Shown here piece by piece: positions 59,362 through 64,000 of a DNA stretch of 64,000 nt (position 1 is the first letter of the stretch; every line of letters begins with the position of its first letter). The DNA is from Marsupella aquatica (taxonomy: Eukaryota; Plantae; Marchantiophyta). Position numbers and translations under genes: made by a program. Below the pieces are notes generated by a model. It searched no databases and was not told where the DNA came from. It was given only the letters and a program-made list of their open reading frames with translations. The stretch covers positions 5,294,944-5,358,943 of the forward strand of contig OZ316894.1 in assembly GCA_973895155.1 (NCBI GenBank), given 5' to 3'.

Positions 59362-60651
59362 AATCAAAACCAAATGGGCCTGGACTTAGAGACACGCCTG
59401 TACCTGTCGTTGTGCTTTACCAGTACCTTATCTGGGCGCCGCGTCGCAATGCCGTCATTACGGTTTGTTCTCCAAAAGCTATTTGATTCCTTTCCTCAGA
59501 CTTTCCTTTCCCCAGTCTTTCCTTTCCTTTACTGTTCTTCTCTCACTGTTCTCGTCCAAGCTTTATCCTATGCAGAAGGTCGCGAAGGTCGGCCCTGCAG
59601 AGTCCAGACAGTCGACTGCCATGTCGGTTCAGGTTCAGGTTCATGTCCTTCCCAAGCTGCCACAGCACTCGAGAATGAGAAGCATGTCTTTGTGATGCAG
59701 TTCAATTCGCTACGGCTCGGAAATGAGCCGCATCGCCATGGGATGCTCCTCATTTCTACCTTTCATGTGTTGAGGTCTCGGCTTGAGTGCGGACTCGTCT
59801 TTCGGCTGCTCTTTCTTCCTCTGCTGTTGGCGTGTGTGTTGTCCGTGTGAGGATAGCTTGCTACATGCGAGCGAGATGCTAGGTTCCATTCTTTTCGATT
59901 CCCTATCGGCGCAATATGGGTTTGATTTCCAGCATCTTATAGTTAGCTATGCGTGAGCGAGATGCTAGGGTTTTGGGAAGCTCGGACCTGATCGGCACTG
60001 CCGTTGTCGAGACTTGTGCGTTGTTGCAGTAGGGGTTCAGCTTTAGAGTCAGGGTTGATATTTGTGGCAGGGATGATGATCTCGATTAGATGTATGAGGC
60101 AGCTTGATTCGAAACATTAACGAGGCATATCCATTCTATGACTGAATTGTCCTTCGCTAGTTTTAGTTTCAGTTTTCTCTTTCACTCCGTTTGTCTGCGG
60201 CTGACCGTCAGAGGACGAGCCACCGGCTGACATGGTAGTTGCAGAGTCTTGGGGTCCTTTGTTGCTTGGCCTGCAAATGAATTATCCACGCATAAGAAGA
60301 CTCGTCCTTATGCGTGGAGTCTTCTTGCCTCTTTACCACCTGTCTATTGCGCCAAATCCGGAGCATAAATTCTAAGTTAGTGGTGGATGAAGATTTCTAT
60401 CGCTATCGCTCTTTCGATTGGTGCTCGTTATTAGTATGCTACCTCCTTTGTTCCATCAGTTCAGTCAGCGGCCCTCTCTTTGATTGTCTCTGTCCTTAGA
60501 ATTGCTCAATTGCACAATTGCACTGTACAGTACCAGATTTGGGCCTTGTCCTTATTTCTAAACGTCTGAAATGGATGGCGCAGCGGTTCTTTTCGGCTCA
60601 CAGGATTTCTGTTGGCTCATGTGTGTATTGTAGGTAGATGCCAGAGCAGAA

Positions 60652-62398
60652 ATGAAAGGACGAGGAGGAGGAGGACAGGCAGTTGATGATCGTATTAAAG
60701 GACCTTGGTCACCAGAGGAGGACGTGATTCTCAACAAGCTGGTGGAGAAATTCGGGGCCAGGAATTGGAGCTTGATTGCCCGGGGAATACCGGGGCGTTC
60801 TGGGAAATCCTGTCGCTTACGCTGGTGCAATCAGCTGAACCCTGGTGTCAAACGCAAACCATTCACAGGTAACTGTGCTGCTGGGCCCATTTCCTTTTTG
60901 TACCCTTCTTTTCGTGTCTAGAGTTGAATTCTTGTCGTTTAACAGCTATGCCAGGACGCGGGGGTTATTCCTCGTATGTTAGTTGTGGTATTTCTGCTTT
61001 GGGGTTGAAAGCGCGAGGTGCTCACCATCAAGGTTCAAGTCTTGGTTTTTTGTGTTTCATTGTACGTGACTTCTTGTTTTCGATCCGATCAGTTGGCTTG
61101 CTTTGAGCTTTGTTATCGATTTGGGGCCCAGTGGATTATTTGTTCTAATAATCAGCTGCATTTGTATTGCAGAAGAAGAAGATCAGAAAATCGTCGATGC
61201 TCATGCTATTCATGGTAACAAATGGGCCTCAATAGCTAGGATGTTGCCTGGGCGCACTGACAATGCAATAAAAAATCATTGGAATTCTACATTGCGTCGC
61301 AAGTCCGCTGGTGATGATCGGGGCCGGAAGGAGGGCTCCTCAGATGGGTCTGAAAAGCCGAAAGAGGAACTAAGTGATACAGATCCAAGTAACAAGGGTG
61401 GGCATGAGGAGGAAATTGGGATTGATGGAGGCGAAGATGACTCTGGCCGAGACGGTGAGGAGCGGGATGTGTCATCTAAACGATCATGGCCTTCATTGCA
61501 GCATCTTAGTGCCGCGAGGAGTTTGAAGGTTGAGACACTCGACTCGAAGAACAATGCTGCAGGGGCTAGTTTTACACCAGACACTAAAAACATTATTCAT
61601 GCCCGTTTAGAAGGAAATGAGGAAGTGCTACCATTCTTCTCAGCATCATCAGCTGCTGCCGTACCCTTAATAAGACCAGTTCCGCAAGTTGTTCCCCGTG
61701 CAAGTGCTTTCAGCAGCTACAATCCAAACAAGATTAAGCCTCCAATTCTCAAGGAGGAGTCCGTTCTTCGCCCTTCTTATATCTTTCCTCCCGCCTGTAC
61801 GAAGTTTGCAGAAGAATGTTCAAAGCTTAATGCCCGCAAAGTTCTTTCGCCTTCGATGATGTACCCTCAGTTTGGGCGGAGTATCCCCGAAGTGCCCAGT
61901 CATTGCGGGAGGGGATGCTGTCCACCGCCAGCGGGTGGTGGCAAATTTGGTGATCACAACATCTCTCCACAGAGTCCGCTCATGGGACCTGACTATGTGG
62001 AGTTTGCAGAAGACGCGTTTTCAGCAGGCAGTGTATCAGGATTCAATGAGATCGGCGGAAGTTTTGGAGGATTGAGTAGCGGTTGGACGTCTGTTGGGAA
62101 CAGCCCTGTAGCCGGTGGAGGTGGAATGAACGGACCTTCCGAAGGCTCCGCGAAGCAAGCCTCGGAAGTTCTCTCTGCTGCCATCAATGCAGCTGTGGCC
62201 CAAATGATGCTGCCTGTGTTTCAGGCCCAGCTTTGCCCAGATAAATGGCCAATTCCAGATGCTCCTCTAACTCAAGGAGGCAATCAACTGGTGGAGATCA
62301 TGCGCGAAATTGTGGCTCGTGAAATTTCACAGTATACATCAATGATTGTTCAAGCCCACCACTCTGCTACCGATGGAACTAAACAGCAGAATCACTGA
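60652..62398 (+). CDS. R2R3-MYB transcription factor (MYB1/25/109-like, subgroup 22/23 type)
   Basis: Exon 60652-60868 encodes [12 protein letters not shown]...[28 protein letters not shown] intron 60869-61172 (phase 1). Exon 61173-62398 encodes [44 protein letters not shown] short upstream coding exon may start at 59621. Confidence 0.93.
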
Positions 62399-64000
62399 TG
62401 TTCTTTTTGTTCTTGTTCGCCTCAGGTTTGGTTGTTTGCAACCTGTAGTCCTTAGCCACATGTAACATATCCAAGAAACTGTCCAAGAGTCCACTCAGAT
62501 CTGTGGCAACCCATATCGCACCCACCTTGTAGTCTAGTTGTAAGGATCTTCTCACTCTCCTTTAGAGTTAGATTCTGAGATTTTTATTCAACAAACAGCA
62601 TTCGCCTTCATGAAGAGAACTGCAACAGTTCCACTTTCCAATGAAGTAGCTTTTATTCATCGTGAGTCTACTAATTTTCTTTAAGATCATAGGCCCAATT
62701 GAAACTCACAAGGGGTCATTTACCCCTCACCTTACAAATAGAGTGTCCCACTTGAGGACCTATAGCATTTAATATCATGGTCGCTTTGGTGGCATAATCC
62801 ACCCTTGAAGCCCGTCTCTTGTAGCACACAGTCAGATGAGCAAAGACACGTATGCGGACGAGAAGCAATTGGATCATTGCTTTATTCAAGTCTAAACCCC
62901 CGTCATTGTGGCTCATGTACTTGTTGGCTAACAAGAATACCTTTCGTTGGAAGTTGTCTTTGTTCAGTAGGTGTGCGCTTGAAGCTTTCTATGAAAAACT
63001 TACCAAACGGAGATGTACATTGTCTACTGTAGCGTATCATAGCAATCTGTGAAATATCGACTTTAACCTACACTCTCGCAACTTACTAGCAAGCATATTA
63101 CTGATCAACCTTAAACTTTCGATTAATATGGACGAATCATTGCTATCATTTTAAACCCAATTGGACCACATATGTGCATCACCTGGGCAAATTTGACCTT
63201 CGAGTTTTCTTTGATGCCCTCTGCAGTTGCATATACCTCAGTATTATGCAGGTCTGGAGCTTGTAGAGTACCAGTGCGGTGGTTATGGAATTGGTGCTTA
63301 TTTTGTAAGCCCTTTCCCTCATATGACTGGAAAAAGTCAATCAGGAAACGCTCTGGGGCGGCTGTCGGTTATGGGCACCGTAGTCCAATTGTTTATGTCT
63401 GGTGCATAGGACAGTCAGGGGAAGTTAATGGACGAAGTCAGGTTGAGGAATTTATACGTTTTGCAAGATTGGTTGCACGACTGTTGAAGGTGGATTGAAT
63501 AAACTGAGTGGTACTGATAACACGTCATCCACGTGACCTTGTCACTGGGAAGCATATCTCCTGCCCGGCGCAAGCTCTAAGCGATTTGCTCAGTCTGAAG
63601 GATATGTTTGTACAGTCCGTTGGATAAATTCAGTTGAAGACAGGGCGATTTCACTTCACAGGGGCAAAGGACAACGTAGATGAAGGCAAGAAAGCCTGCC
63701 AGGATAAAATTCGAAGAAATCATTCAGTAGAAACTCAGTGGATTGAATTGATTGAATCCATGAGGCGGCCACTATAACCCAACAACGGGGTGAGAACAAA
63801 CTAATAGGCATGAGACCTTGCCACAAAGGGAAAGGAAAACAACAGAGATAAGTAGCAAGAGAACATGTCGAGCCGCAAAAGTGCGTCAGAGGCCAAGAGC
63901 CACATTCCAAAACCCCCCATACCCCTAAAGAAACTACAGCTTTAGATCTACCCCGAAACTATCCTCAAGAGATTCAATTCAGAGGCAAAGAGCCAGATAC

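Noticed and set aside
61103-61172. N-terminal [23 protein letters not shown] of the 431-aa MYB ORF as a signal peptide
   Set aside because: It is intron sequence upstream of the ttgcag acceptor at 61172.

Overview
Eukaryotic plant DNA, most likely a liverwort (inferred from alpha/beta-hydrolase-NB-ARC-LRR, i.e. HNL, immune receptor genes). The backbone is a tandem segmental duplication: HNL copy 1 (7030-12830, minus, frameshifted), an F-box pseudogene, HNL copy 2 (50250-56155, minus, apparently intact), then a single-copy R2R3-MYB gene (60652-62398). Between the HNL copies lies a 28-kb nest of transposons whose boundaries can all be read from the sequence. A PIF/Harbinger element (22134-50157, 17-bp TIR, TAA TSD) has its transposase split by a dead Ty1/copia element (25447-48593, TSD GGTCT). 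The copia 5' UTR holds a solo LTR (41924-43791, TSD AAGAA) and a very young, intact Athila-like Ty3/gypsy element (26634-41399, TSD TTTTG). The most unusual feature is this gypsy element. Each of its two 4074-bp LTRs contains a complete 618-codon gene behind a GC-rich 64/47-bp tandem array, its PPT lies inside the integrase coding sequence, and its tRNA-Asp-type PBS sits 20 nt from the LTR end. No rRNA, tRNA or CRISPR features were seen. All family assignments come from motifs recognised by eye, not from database searches.
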